Of a stretch of DNA of 64,000 bases, positions 27,972-36,549 are shown in pieces. Made by a program: the position numbers and the translations under genes. The notes under the pieces were generated by a model. That model was not told the DNA's origin. It made no database searches and was given only the letters and a program-made list of their open reading frames with translations. This DNA is from an uncultured Collinsella sp. (GTDB lineage Bacteria > Actinomycetota > Coriobacteriia > Coriobacteriales > Coriobacteriaceae). Numbering within the stretch: the stretch's first letter is position 1; the number at the start of each line of letters is the position of its first letter. The stretch spans positions 2,945 through 66,944 of the forward strand of contig CABQJU010000007.1 of the NCBI GenBank assembly GCA_902464575.1, read 5' to 3'.

Positions 27972-28805
27972 CTATGCCAGCACGCCGAAGAACGCGCCGA
28001 CGATGCCCACGGCCATGGTGGCCACGATCAGCACCATGGGGTTGATCTTCTTGGACAGCAGCCAGTAGTAGAGCCAGAAGGCGAGCATGCCGAGCATGCC
28101 GGGCATGATGCCGTCCAGGATGTCCTGGAGGGTCTGGGCGTCGTCGCCCGAGCCGATGGCCACCGGGATGCTGGCCCAGAACATGTCCTTGCACATGGCG
28201 CCCACGACCATGACGCCCACGATGCCCACGCAGGTCATGATCTTCTGCATGAGGCCGGTCCTCTGGGCCTCGTCCAGGAAGCCCACGCCCAGCTCGTAGC
28301 CCTTGACGGCGCCCCAGATGCGCAGCGCGAAGCCGGGGACGTTGTAGATGAGCAGGAAGGCGATGGGGCCGAAGGGGTTGCCGGCCTGGCACAGGCTGAT
28401 GCCCACCGCGGCGGCGACCACGCGAAGGGTCGACAGGAAGATGGAGTCGCCGATGCCGGACAGCGGGCCCATGAGGGCGGCCTTGACGTCGTTGACGCTC
28501 TCGGGCTCGATCTCGCCGCGGGCGACCTTCTCCTCCATGGCCATCGCGATGCCGCCGACGAACGGGGCGAACTGGACGGTGATGTTGAAGAACGCGCAGT
28601 GGCGGTGAAGGGCCTCGGCGTAGTCGTCGGGGCGGCCGGCGTAGATCTTCTTGAGCATGTTGGCGACCATCAGGCAGAAGGCGATGTTCATCTGCTTGTA
28701 GTAGGTCCAGGAGAACTCCATGCCCAGGGCGCCGACGTTGACGGCGCTCCTGACGAGGTCGGAGCGCGTGATCTTGTTCTCGGGACTAGAAGTCATCGTC
28801 CTCAT
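27972..28805 (-). CDS. PTS mannose-family EIID component (orphan pair, set 2)
   Basis: 277 aa, identical to the product of 30753-31586; alternative SD-supported ATG at 28796. Confidence 0.9.
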   Translation of the reverse strand: MRTMTSSPENKITRSDLVRSAVNVGALGMEFSWTYYKQMNIAFCLMVANMLKKIYAGRPDDYAEALHRHCAFFNITVQFAPFVGGIAMAMEEKVARGEIEPESVNDVKAALMGPLSGIGDSIFLSTLRVVAAAVGISLCQAGNPFGPIAFLLIYNVPGFALRIWGAVKGYELGVGFLDEAQRTGLMQKIMTCVGIVGVMVVGAMCKDMFWASIPVAIGSGDDAQTLQDILDGIMPGMLGMLAFWLYYWLLSKKINPMVLIVATMAVGIVGAFFGVLA

Positions 28806-29019
28806 CCCCTTCCGCGGAGAGCTGGGGCTGGGCTCCGCCCAGGCCGAGCAGGTCGAACTTGTCGATGCCGATGATGATGGCGATCAGGGCGACGCCCAGG
28901 ACGGGCACGTTGGCGTAGGAGCACAGCAGGAAGCCCAGGAAGTAGAAGGGCACGAGCTGCTTGGTGAGCACCAGGCGGCCGAGCATGGCGAAGCCCATGG
29001 CCGGCAGGATGTTGGCGGC
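27973..29019 (-). repeat. Copy 1 of a 1047-bp apparently perfect direct repeat (entire IID gene plus the last 79 codons of IIC)
   Basis: Matches 30754-31800 (offset 2781) from one base after the differing stop codons (TAG vs TAA) up to ...gttggcggc; identical six-frame translations. Confidence 0.85.
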
Positions 29020-29559
29020 GACACCGCAACCGTCGATGATAAAGGACGGGACAAAGTCGAGCAGGCCCTGGATGGCATCGGAGCCCAAATAGAAGGCGCC
29101 GCCGCACAGCAGGAAATACTCAAGGCAGCCCCAAAGGCCAATGCCCCAGTGCACCGCATAGATGCCCTTGAGGTTGCCCTTGAGGGCGTACTTGTCCGCC
29201 ATATCGACGAACACCGGGAAAAGAGCGTTAGTGATATTGCCGATCGTCAGCGAGAGGACGGCGATGGGCATGGCGAGCGCGATGGCCGTCTCCGTGCCTT
29301 GGCCGAGCTGAATCGCGAAGGCGCACGCGAGCACGCCGCCAACCGTCTCGTTAGGCGGCACATAGGCGCCGATGGAGATCGAGCCCATGAACAGCAGCTC
29401 CAGGCTTGCTCCCACGGCAAGACCGGTCTGCAGGTCCCCCAGCACCAAGCCCACGAGCGGGCACAGGACAATGGGACGGAACGCATAGAGGGTGCCGAGC
29501 TGGTAGTCGAGGCAGCCAAAGGCTCCGACTAAGCCGACGAGGATTGCTTGGGTAAGCAT
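28786..29559 (-). CDS. PTS mannose-family EIIC component (orphan pair, set 2)
   Basis: 257 aa; GGAGGA SD. The C-terminal 79 aa are identical to set 3 IIC and the N-terminal part is diverged. Confidence 0.9.
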   Translation of the reverse strand: MLTQAILVGLVGAFGCLDYQLGTLYAFRPIVLCPLVGLVLGDLQTGLAVGASLELLFMGSISIGAYVPPNETVGGVLACAFAIQLGQGTETAIALAMPIAVLSLTIGNITNALFPVFVDMADKYALKGNLKGIYAVHWGIGLWGCLEYFLLCGGAFYLGSDAIQGLLDFVPSFIIDGCGVAANILPAMGFAMLGRLVLTKQLVPFYFLGFLLCSYANVPVLGVALIAIIIGIDKFDLLGLGGAQPQLSAEGDEDDDF

Positions 29560-29692
29560 GGTTCCTCCAAATAAAGGGTCTCGGGTCTATCCTGTTCCCG
29601 TCGCGCGCGCATCTGATATCAATCCGGGAACTCGGCCATACGACCCGAAGCGCACCTGGCGTGCTGCTAACACCCATACCAGGCACAAACGA

Positions 29693-29738
29693 TTTAATAC
29701 CAATTATAGATATGCAGGTTTGCCTTATTTAATACCAC
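29693..29738 (-). promoter_or_regulatory. Putative promoter/operator of the orphan IIC-IID pair
   Basis: Sense strand GTGGTATTAAA-N24-TATAAT-TGGTATTAAA; the two TGGTATTAAA boxes are 35 nt apart, as at 26548-26590. Confidence 0.45.
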
Positions 29739-29783
29739 TCGCTCAGCGGGGTGTTTTTGCCCGTAAACGGCAGACATGCGACC

Positions 29784-30674
29784 TCAGGCGCGATTTTTGT
29801 CGCTGCGCCGGACAAGCGCCACCAGGAAACCGTCGCCAAACGCATCGGAAACCAGGTTGGCAACGATGACAGAGACGATAATCGCCGCGCCCAAAAGCTC
29901 GTTCCAGCTAAAGACCTCGCCAAAGAACAGCGCCGACCAGCAGGGCGCAAGCACAACCTCGCTCATGCAGACCAAGTTGGCGGCAAACGCATTGGTACGC
30001 GCGATTCCCTTGGCATACAGAACACTCGCCAGTCCGCTGCAAAACAGGCCATGCACCAGCATAAGGCCCCACTCAAAGGGCTTGACGGCCCCCAGATCAC
30101 CGGCGAAATAAAAAATCGGCAGCATCGAAATGCCGCACGATATAAGCGACGACACCATAGGCGACGCATCGGGACGCGCATTCAGGAAAAAACACAGCCC
30201 AAACGTAGCGCCGGAAATGACCGCAAGCAGGTTGCCGAGCATGCCCTCGGCACTCAAATCGCCCAAAAAGAAGAGTCCCATACCCACAAAGGCGGCCATC
30301 ACGGAGAGGATCTTTGCCGTCGAGGGCAGCGTGCGCGATGCAAGCGACTGGTACACGATGACGAAAATCATCGAGGTGTACTGCAAAACGATCGCGTTGC
30401 CGACTGACGTGAGTTGGTTGGCGAAGTTAAACGTGGTGCCCGTTGCAAAATTGCATACGGCGACAAGGGCAATCAAGCGGCTTATGCGCAGCTTTGGCCT
30501 GCCCACGCACAGGATGAACAGCGCCATGAATATCGCCGTGACGGCGCCGATCAAAAGGGCCGATTGTGAGTTGGCGTGAACGAGGATGCCGATAAAGCTC
30601 CACAGGAGCGCCGTGCCAAATAGATACATCGCACCGCTCACGCCATTGTCGGGTGGATTGTCAGATCGATTCAC
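29784..30674 (-). CDS. DMT superfamily (EamA-like) transporter
   Basis: 296 aa, about 10 TM segments in two halves; GTG start preceded by GGAGGTG. Confidence 0.78.
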   Translation of the reverse strand: MNRSDNPPDNGVSGAMYLFGTALLWSFIGILVHANSQSALLIGAVTAIFMALFILCVGRPKLRISRLIALVAVCNFATGTTFNFANQLTSVGNAIVLQYTSMIFVIVYQSLASRTLPSTAKILSVMAAFVGMGLFFLGDLSAEGMLGNLLAVISGATFGLCFFLNARPDASPMVSSLISCGISMLPIFYFAGDLGAVKPFEWGLMLVHGLFCSGLASVLYAKGIARTNAFAANLVCMSEVVLAPCWSALFFGEVFSWNELLGAAIIVSVIVANLVSDAFGDGFLVALVRRSDKNRA

Positions 30675-30692
30675 GAAGCACCTCCGCGTAAT

Positions 30693-30723
30693 AAAAAACG
30701 GCGACCGCAGCGGGTCGCCGTTT
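30693..30723 (-). terminator. Intrinsic terminator after PTS operon 3 (IID)
   Basis: Minus strand aaacggcgacc-loop-ggtcgccgttt followed by a T-run. Confidence 0.6.
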
Positions 30724-30752
30724 CCCTTGGGGGCAGATAGATATGGCCGAAC

Positions 30753-31586
30753 TTATGCCAGCACGCCGAAGAACGCGCCGACGATGCCCACGGCCATGGT
30801 GGCCACGATCAGCACCATGGGGTTGATCTTCTTGGACAGCAGCCAGTAGTAGAGCCAGAAGGCGAGCATGCCGAGCATGCCGGGCATGATGCCGTCCAGG
30901 ATGTCCTGGAGGGTCTGGGCGTCGTCGCCCGAGCCGATGGCCACCGGGATGCTGGCCCAGAACATGTCCTTGCACATGGCGCCCACGACCATGACGCCCA
31001 CGATGCCCACGCAGGTCATGATCTTCTGCATGAGGCCGGTCCTCTGGGCCTCGTCCAGGAAGCCCACGCCCAGCTCGTAGCCCTTGACGGCGCCCCAGAT
31101 GCGCAGCGCGAAGCCGGGGACGTTGTAGATGAGCAGGAAGGCGATGGGGCCGAAGGGGTTGCCGGCCTGGCACAGGCTGATGCCCACCGCGGCGGCGACC
31201 ACGCGAAGGGTCGACAGGAAGATGGAGTCGCCGATGCCGGACAGCGGGCCCATGAGGGCGGCCTTGACGTCGTTGACGCTCTCGGGCTCGATCTCGCCGC
31301 GGGCGACCTTCTCCTCCATGGCCATCGCGATGCCGCCGACGAACGGGGCGAACTGGACGGTGATGTTGAAGAACGCGCAGTGGCGGTGAAGGGCCTCGGC
31401 GTAGTCGTCGGGGCGGCCGGCGTAGATCTTCTTGAGCATGTTGGCGACCATCAGGCAGAAGGCGATGTTCATCTGCTTGTAGTAGGTCCAGGAGAACTCC
31501 ATGCCCAGGGCGCCGACGTTGACGGCGCTCCTGACGAGGTCGGAGCGCGTGATCTTGTTCTCGGGACTAGAAGTCATCGTCCTCAT
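30753..31586 (-). CDS. PTS mannose-family EIID component (set 3)
   Basis: 277 aa; ManZ-like; identical to 27972-28805. Confidence 0.9.
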   Translation of the reverse strand: MRTMTSSPENKITRSDLVRSAVNVGALGMEFSWTYYKQMNIAFCLMVANMLKKIYAGRPDDYAEALHRHCAFFNITVQFAPFVGGIAMAMEEKVARGEIEPESVNDVKAALMGPLSGIGDSIFLSTLRVVAAAVGISLCQAGNPFGPIAFLLIYNVPGFALRIWGAVKGYELGVGFLDEAQRTGLMQKIMTCVGIVGVMVVGAMCKDMFWASIPVAIGSGDDAQTLQDILDGIMPGMLGMLAFWLYYWLLSKKINPMVLIVATMAVGIVGAFFGVLA

Positions 31587-31800
31587 CCCCTTCCGCGGAG
31601 AGCTGGGGCTGGGCTCCGCCCAGGCCGAGCAGGTCGAACTTGTCGATGCCGATGATGATGGCGATCAGGGCGACGCCCAGGACGGGCACGTTGGCGTAGG
31701 AGCACAGCAGGAAGCCCAGGAAGTAGAAGGGCACGAGCTGCTTGGTGAGCACCAGGCGGCCGAGCATGGCGAAGCCCATGGCCGGCAGGATGTTGGCGGC
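30754..31800 (-). repeat. Copy 2 of the 1047-bp perfect direct repeat
   Basis: See 27973-29019. Confidence 0.85.
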
Positions 31801-32340
31801 AACGCCAAAGCCAGCAAGAACAAAGTCGGGGATAAAGTCGAGCACGCCCTGGATAGCGTCAGCACCCAGATAGAACGACAGCGAGCACAGCAGGAACGCC
31901 ATGATGATGCCGGTTAAACCGATCAGGAAGTGCATCGCATAGACACCCTTAAGGTTGCCCTGGCCGGAGAAGACATCAGCGCGGTCAACCAGGATCGGCA
32001 GGGCGGCGTTGAGGATGTTCTTGATGGCAAGGCACAGCGTGGCGATGGGCATGGCAAGCGCGATGGCTGCCTCGGTGCTCTGGCCCAGCTGGATAGCGAA
32101 GGCGCAGGCGAGCACGCCGCCGATCGTCTCATCAGGCGGCACGTAGGCGCCGATGGAGATCGAGCCCATGAACAGCAGCTCCAGACTCGCACCGATCGCG
32201 AGGCCGGACTGCAGGTCCCCCAGCACCAGACCCACGAGCGGGCACAGGACGATGGGGCGGAACGCATAGAGCGTACCGAGCTGGAAGTCGAACTTACCAA
32301 ATGCGGCGATAAGTCCGATGAGGATTGCTTGGGTAAGCAT
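31567..32340 (-). CDS. PTS mannose-family EIIC component (set 3)
   Basis: 257 aa; AAGGGGGA SD; ManY-like. Confidence 0.9.
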   Translation of the reverse strand: MLTQAILIGLIAAFGKFDFQLGTLYAFRPIVLCPLVGLVLGDLQSGLAIGASLELLFMGSISIGAYVPPDETIGGVLACAFAIQLGQSTEAAIALAMPIATLCLAIKNILNAALPILVDRADVFSGQGNLKGVYAMHFLIGLTGIIMAFLLCSLSFYLGADAIQGVLDFIPDFVLAGFGVAANILPAMGFAMLGRLVLTKQLVPFYFLGFLLCSYANVPVLGVALIAIIIGIDKFDLLGLGGAQPQLSAEGDEDDDF

Positions 32341-32398
32341 ACATCCCCCTTTCCTAATAGGACACTACGAAGAGCTCAGACTCTTCGAATTCAAACGC

Positions 32399-32881
32399 CT
32401 AGAGCACGCTGGCGCAGTCAACCTTGGGGTCATCGGCCAGGGGTCGAATCTCGACCTCAACGCCACGATCCAGCATCTCGCGCACATCGGCTTCCTCGGC
32501 TGCGGTCAGGAAGATCTGACGAGAGACCTGACGAGCATCGGGGCGCTTCTCGTCCTTGGGCTTGGTGTTGCCCAGGTTGACCGACTTAATCTGCGGGCAG
32601 CCCTCAACAAGCTGCTTTGCCTCAGCGATAGTGGCGACGCAGATGATCATCTTGTACTTGTCGGTCACGCCCGAGTTGATAGCCTCGATGGCGTTCGCCA
32701 TATCCTTGATGACGAGCTTGCAGCCGGCAGGCTTGCCCATCTTGAGCGTCGTCTTCCACACCGGGTCGTTGGCGACCTTATCGCCCACGCAGAAGATGCA
32801 GTTGGAGCCAAGGCCCTGAACCCAGGAAACTGCGACCTGGCCATGAAGCAGGCGATGGTCAACGCGAAGTAGCTGAATCAT
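32399..32881 (-). CDS. PTS mannose-family EIIB component (set 3)
   Basis: 160 aa from ATG 32881; RVDHRLLHGQV motif. Confidence 0.9.
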   Translation of the reverse strand: MIQLLRVDHRLLHGQVAVSWVQGLGSNCIFCVGDKVANDPVWKTTLKMGKPAGCKLVIKDMANAIEAINSGVTDKYKMIICVATIAEAKQLVEGCPQIKSVNLGNTKPKDEKRPDARQVSRQIFLTAAEEADVREMLDRGVEVEIRPLADDPKVDCASVL

Positions 32882-32938
32882 AATGTGACCCCCCAAAGGT
32901 CTTGTGCCGTCATACGGCGTGTCAGTAGGTGCTGCGGA

Positions 32939-33358
32939 TTAGAACTCTTCCTCCTCCTCGTCATCGACCAAAAGATCGTTGACAAACTTCACGCGCGTAT
33001 CGTCCGCAGCGACGATGGCGCGAATCGTCTCCTCAACCGGCACCGACTCGTCAGAGAACAGCAGCTGGATGAGCAGCGGAAGGTTCATGTTGGTGACAAG
33101 GTAGGTACGGGGACGCGTCTGGACGATCTTGGTGAACTCGTTGTTGACGCTGCCACCAAAGAGGTCGGTGCAGACGACGACGTCATCGTCGGCAGACATG
33201 CCTGCCAGCAGCTTTTGGGCTTCCTCGGCCACGTCCATACGATCGTCGACAAACATCGAAAGGTCGTGGACGTTGTCGCGAGTGCCCGAGAGCAGCTCAA
33301 TGCTCTCTTTGATGCCGGTAGCGAAGTGTGCATGGCTGGCGATGATGTACTGTCTCAT
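32939..33358 (-). CDS. PTS mannose-family EIIA component (set 3)
   Basis: 139 aa; IIASHAHFATG and TDLFGGS motifs; acidic tail DDEEEEEF. Confidence 0.88.
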   Translation of the reverse strand: MRQYIIASHAHFATGIKESIELLSGTRDNVHDLSMFVDDRMDVAEEAQKLLAGMSADDDVVVCTDLFGGSVNNEFTKIVQTRPRTYLVTNMNLPLLIQLLFSDESVPVEETIRAIVAADDTRVKFVNDLLVDDEEEEEF

Positions 33359-33404
33359 TCTGTGGTCCTCTCAATAGCCCGGCACGTTCCCGCACCCGTT
33401 TTTC

Positions 33405-34466
33405 TTAGTAGTCGAACTGGTGATAGTAACGACGATACTTGAGGTTGTGCTTGGTGACCGTCTCATAGTAACGAGCCAGGCGGTCAGTCACGAGCACCGT
33501 CAGAATCCACGGGGAAACGATGACGCGGAAATCGTCGTCAAGGCCGGGGATGGCGAACTCGGCGGTGTCGATGATGTTGATGTCGGTGTCGCCGGTCACG
33601 CCGCGGTTGAGGAAGGCGCGGACGCGCTCATCGAGCTTGCGGTTCTCGTCCTCGCCCATGAACAGGAACACGGGCACGCCCGGCTCCACGAGCTCAAGGG
33701 TACCGTGGAAGAAGTCGGCAGAAGTGATGTAGCGGGTGCGCTTCCACTGCATCTCCTCGAGGATGCACATCGAGAAGAGGATGGTCTCGCCCCAGAGTGC
33801 TCCGGAGCCGATGAACATGGTGTAGGGCGCGAGGGCGTACTTCTTGGCGAGCTCCTCGGCGCGCGGCTCGAAGCGCTTGCGGATGTCGAGCATATCCTTC
33901 CAGATGTCCTTGGTCTGCTCGATGAACAGATCGAACTTGGGGAAGCAGCCGCGGCGGTTGAGCAGGCGCAGGCCGAAGCAGTCGGCGAGGTAGTAGCCCT
34001 TCTCGCAGCCACCGGAGCCGTGATCGGACGCCATGGCGACGCAGTTCTCGGCGCCGACAGCCTGGCCGATGAGACCCTCGGGCTTGGTCATGGCGTAGAC
34101 GCGGACGCCCATGTCCTTCATCTTCTTGACGGCCTCGAGGACCTCGGGGGTGGTGCCGGACTCGGAGGCGGTGAGCACGACGGACTTCTCGGTCATGCGC
34201 TTGTGGCCCATGACGTTCCACTCGGCGGCGTGGATCAGGTAGACCTCGAGGTCGCGGTCGCCGAACTTGTTCATGAGGTACTCGAGCTGCATGAGCTCGT
34301 CCCAGGTGCCGCCGACGCCCATCAGGAACACGGCGTCGTAGCCCTCGTCGGCGACCTTGTCGGCGAGCGCGGTCATCTTCTTGCCGGTCTCGTAGAGTGC
34401 CTTGCCGTCCTCGAGATAGCCCTCCTGGTCGAAATGCATGATCTCGATCTTCTCGGTTTCCTTCAT
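33405..34466 (-). CDS. Double-SIS-domain protein, FrlB/GfrF-like, paralog B
   Basis: 353 aa; differs from 25436-26497 only near both termini. Confidence 0.85.
   Translation of the reverse strand: MKETEKIEIMHFDQEGYLEDGKALYETGKKMTALADKVADEGYDAVFLMGVGGTWDELMQLEYLMNKFGDRDLEVYLIHAAEWNVMGHKRMTEKSVVLTASESGTTPEVLEAVKKMKDMGVRVYAMTKPEGLIGQAVGAENCVAMASDHGSGGCEKGYYLADCFGLRLLNRRGCFPKFDLFIEQTKDIWKDMLDIRKRFEPRAEELAKKYALAPYTMFIGSGALWGETILFSMCILEEMQWKRTRYITSADFFHGTLELVEPGVPVFLFMGEDENRKLDERVRAFLNRGVTGDTDINIIDTAEFAIPGLDDDFRVIVSPWILTVLVTDRLARYYETVTKHNLKYRRYYHQFDY
33532..34382 (-). repeat. Second copy of the 851-bp identical tract
   Basis: See 25563-26413. Confidence 0.8.
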
Positions 34467-34526
34467 TTGTCTCTCCTTTCTGGGGTTGTTTCCACATCCC
34501 CCATGCCAACGGGCATCAAAACCCGC

Positions 34527-35642
34527 TTACATTCCGTAACACTCAGCCGCTTTGGCCTTAAGCGCATTGACTGACTCTTCGTAGCCCTCTGCCTTGACCT
34601 CCATTTGCTTGGAGACGGCATCGAGATACGGGTGCACGTCCCATGACTTCAGACGCTCGGCGATCATTGCCGCAATCGTCTGGAAGAACACAAGATTGGG
34701 AATCGCGCTGAGCAGCAGAGCCACCTGAGGCACCGCAACCTCGTGAGCCCTACCCCTGGGATGGGCCGTGAGCAGCACCGTTTTTGTCGTAACGTTCGAT
34801 AGCGCATCGGCGATATTCGCAAGACGCTCCGACCCCTGCGGATCGTCGACAATAAACACCAGATAGCCCGGAACGATCTGCATCTCGGGACCGTGGACGA
34901 ACTCCTCGCCTTCGTGATGCATGGCAGGAATCTTGATGGTCTCGCTCAGCTTGAGCGCTGCCTCCTCGGCAACACCGTAGTTGGGGCCGTTGCCGACGAC
35001 CATGGCGGGCATGTGCTCAGAAAGCTCGAGCATGTGGCCTTGGACATATGCCTCGGCGGTCTTGCACATCACGGCATTGGCCTGGATAGCCTCGCGCAGG
35101 TCGTCAAGACGCTGGGCAACGCCCTTGGCGTCAATCGTTCCGCGCGCCTGACCGCCGTAAATACCAAAGAGCACCAGGTACTCAACGAGAACCTCGACGC
35201 CCAGAGTCACAAAGTCCACCGACTCGACGCCCACACCGTAGTCAAGAACGATGTCAGTGTGCTCCTTGATGGGTGCCTCGACGTTTGCCGTGAGCGCAAC
35301 TGCAGCCATATCGTGTGCGCGCATGTAATCGAGCGCCGCAATCGTATTGGTCGAATAACCACTCTGCGAGACGGCGATGTTGAGCGCATGCTGCGGATAG
35401 GTGTGTTCAAAATCGACGAAGGCCTCGGGCGTCACAACGGACACTTGCATCTGCAGCGCATCTTGCAGGTAATCGCGGGCGCAATCGGCGGCATGGCGCG
35501 ACGAACCCGAAGCAACGATGCGCAGCGCGTCAAAAGAACCGGACTGGAAAATATCAACGAGCTGCGCCACCAGCTCAGACGAACGCTCGAGGTTCTCTCC
35601 CATACGCACATGGGCGAGTTGAACGTAATCGAGCATCTTCAT
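34527..35642 (-). CDS. Double-SIS-domain protein, AgaS/GfrE/GlmS-isomerase-like (paralog A)
   Basis: 371 aa from ATG 35642 with GAGGTGAG SD; VASGSSRHA and SQSGYSTNT SIS motifs. Confidence 0.8.
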   Translation of the reverse strand: MKMLDYVQLAHVRMGENLERSSELVAQLVDIFQSGSFDALRIVASGSSRHAADCARDYLQDALQMQVSVVTPEAFVDFEHTYPQHALNIAVSQSGYSTNTIAALDYMRAHDMAAVALTANVEAPIKEHTDIVLDYGVGVESVDFVTLGVEVLVEYLVLFGIYGGQARGTIDAKGVAQRLDDLREAIQANAVMCKTAEAYVQGHMLELSEHMPAMVVGNGPNYGVAEEAALKLSETIKIPAMHHEGEEFVHGPEMQIVPGYLVFIVDDPQGSERLANIADALSNVTTKTVLLTAHPRGRAHEVAVPQVALLLSAIPNLVFFQTIAAMIAERLKSWDVHPYLDAVSKQMEVKAEGYEESVNALKAKAAECYGM

Positions 35643-35669
35643 CGTCTCACCTCGCAACAAATCATTAGT

Positions 35670-35761
35670 ATTTGATACCAATCACGATTACAGGTTACGG
35701 CTTTTTGATACCTCTTTGTCGATTAATTTATTCCCTTCGGCGAACGGTCGATTTTGAGCCC
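35670..35761 (-). promoter_or_regulatory. Putative promoter/operator of PTS operon 3
   Basis: Sense strand: TCGACCGTTCGCCGA box (35747-35761), GGTATCAAA (35703-35711) and TAATCGTGATTGGTATCAAA (35670-35689); paralogous to 26548-26625. Confidence 0.4.
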
Positions 35762-35835
35762 TGTAAGGTTGTATATACAGCTGACCCAACGATCAAAACT
35801 AGTTAGTTTCCCAGGCGTTATTCACAAAACACCAG

Positions 35836-36549
35836 CTAGTACGTATAGGTATATCCACCCGCATCACCGCGGTTAAACGACTTGACGTACTCGATAGCCT
35901 GACCGCTCGCGTCATAGCTCACGCATTCCAAAAGCAAAACAAGATCCCCTTGCTCCAAGCCAAGCAAGCCCGCGTCGCGTGCACCCACCGCCTCGATATC
36001 GAGCTTCTCCTGCGCCATGACCGGCTTTCGGCCCAGCATCTCATAGGTCTCGTACAAACTGAAGACCGACACGTCAATATTTTCGATTGTGGGAAACAGC
36101 GGGCACGGAATGAACGCCATCTCAATCGATACGGGATCGCCGTTGACGCAGTTCAAACGCCGAATCGAATACAGCAAATCGTCTTCGGCAATACCAAACA
36201 GGTTGGCATAATATGGGCCCGCATAACGCTTGGAACGCGCGAGGATGCGGACGGACGGCTCGCCGCCCGAAGCACGGACCGATTCACGGAAACCGCCCGT
36301 ACGTTCAAAAAAAGCAGGTACTTTCTGTGCCACAAAGGCACCTTTTCCCCGAACACGGCGAATCTGCCCGCGCCGAACCAGCTCATCGACAGCGCTTCGG
36401 ATGGTCAAGCGTGTCGTACCAAATTCCTCGGCGAGGTCTTTTTCGGACGGAATCATGGAACCCGTGGGATATATACCGCGCTCGATACGCTCCTCGATGC
36501 GGCGTCGAATGCGCATATAAACCGGGGTGGCATCTACTGTTTCAGCCAT
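35836..36549 (-). CDS. GntR/HutC-family transcriptional regulator (UTRA effector domain)
   Basis: 237 aa; wHTH SEKDLAEEFGTTRLTIRSAVDELV ... RGKGAFV. Confidence 0.88.
   Translation of the reverse strand: MAETVDATPVYMRIRRRIEERIERGIYPTGSMIPSEKDLAEEFGTTRLTIRSAVDELVRRGQIRRVRGKGAFVAQKVPAFFERTGGFRESVRASGGEPSVRILARSKRYAGPYYANLFGIAEDDLLYSIRRLNCVNGDPVSIEMAFIPCPLFPTIENIDVSVFSLYETYEMLGRKPVMAQEKLDIEAVGARDAGLLGLEQGDLVLLLECVSYDASGQAIEYVKSFNRGDAGGYTYTY

Noticed and set aside
26668-28392. 574-aa ORF suggesting a large fusion protein
   Set aside because: The first 170 codons are an out-of-frame, Arg/Gly/Pro/His-rich read through the IID gene and the terminator. The real MFS gene starts at ATG 27882 with an AAGGAG SD.
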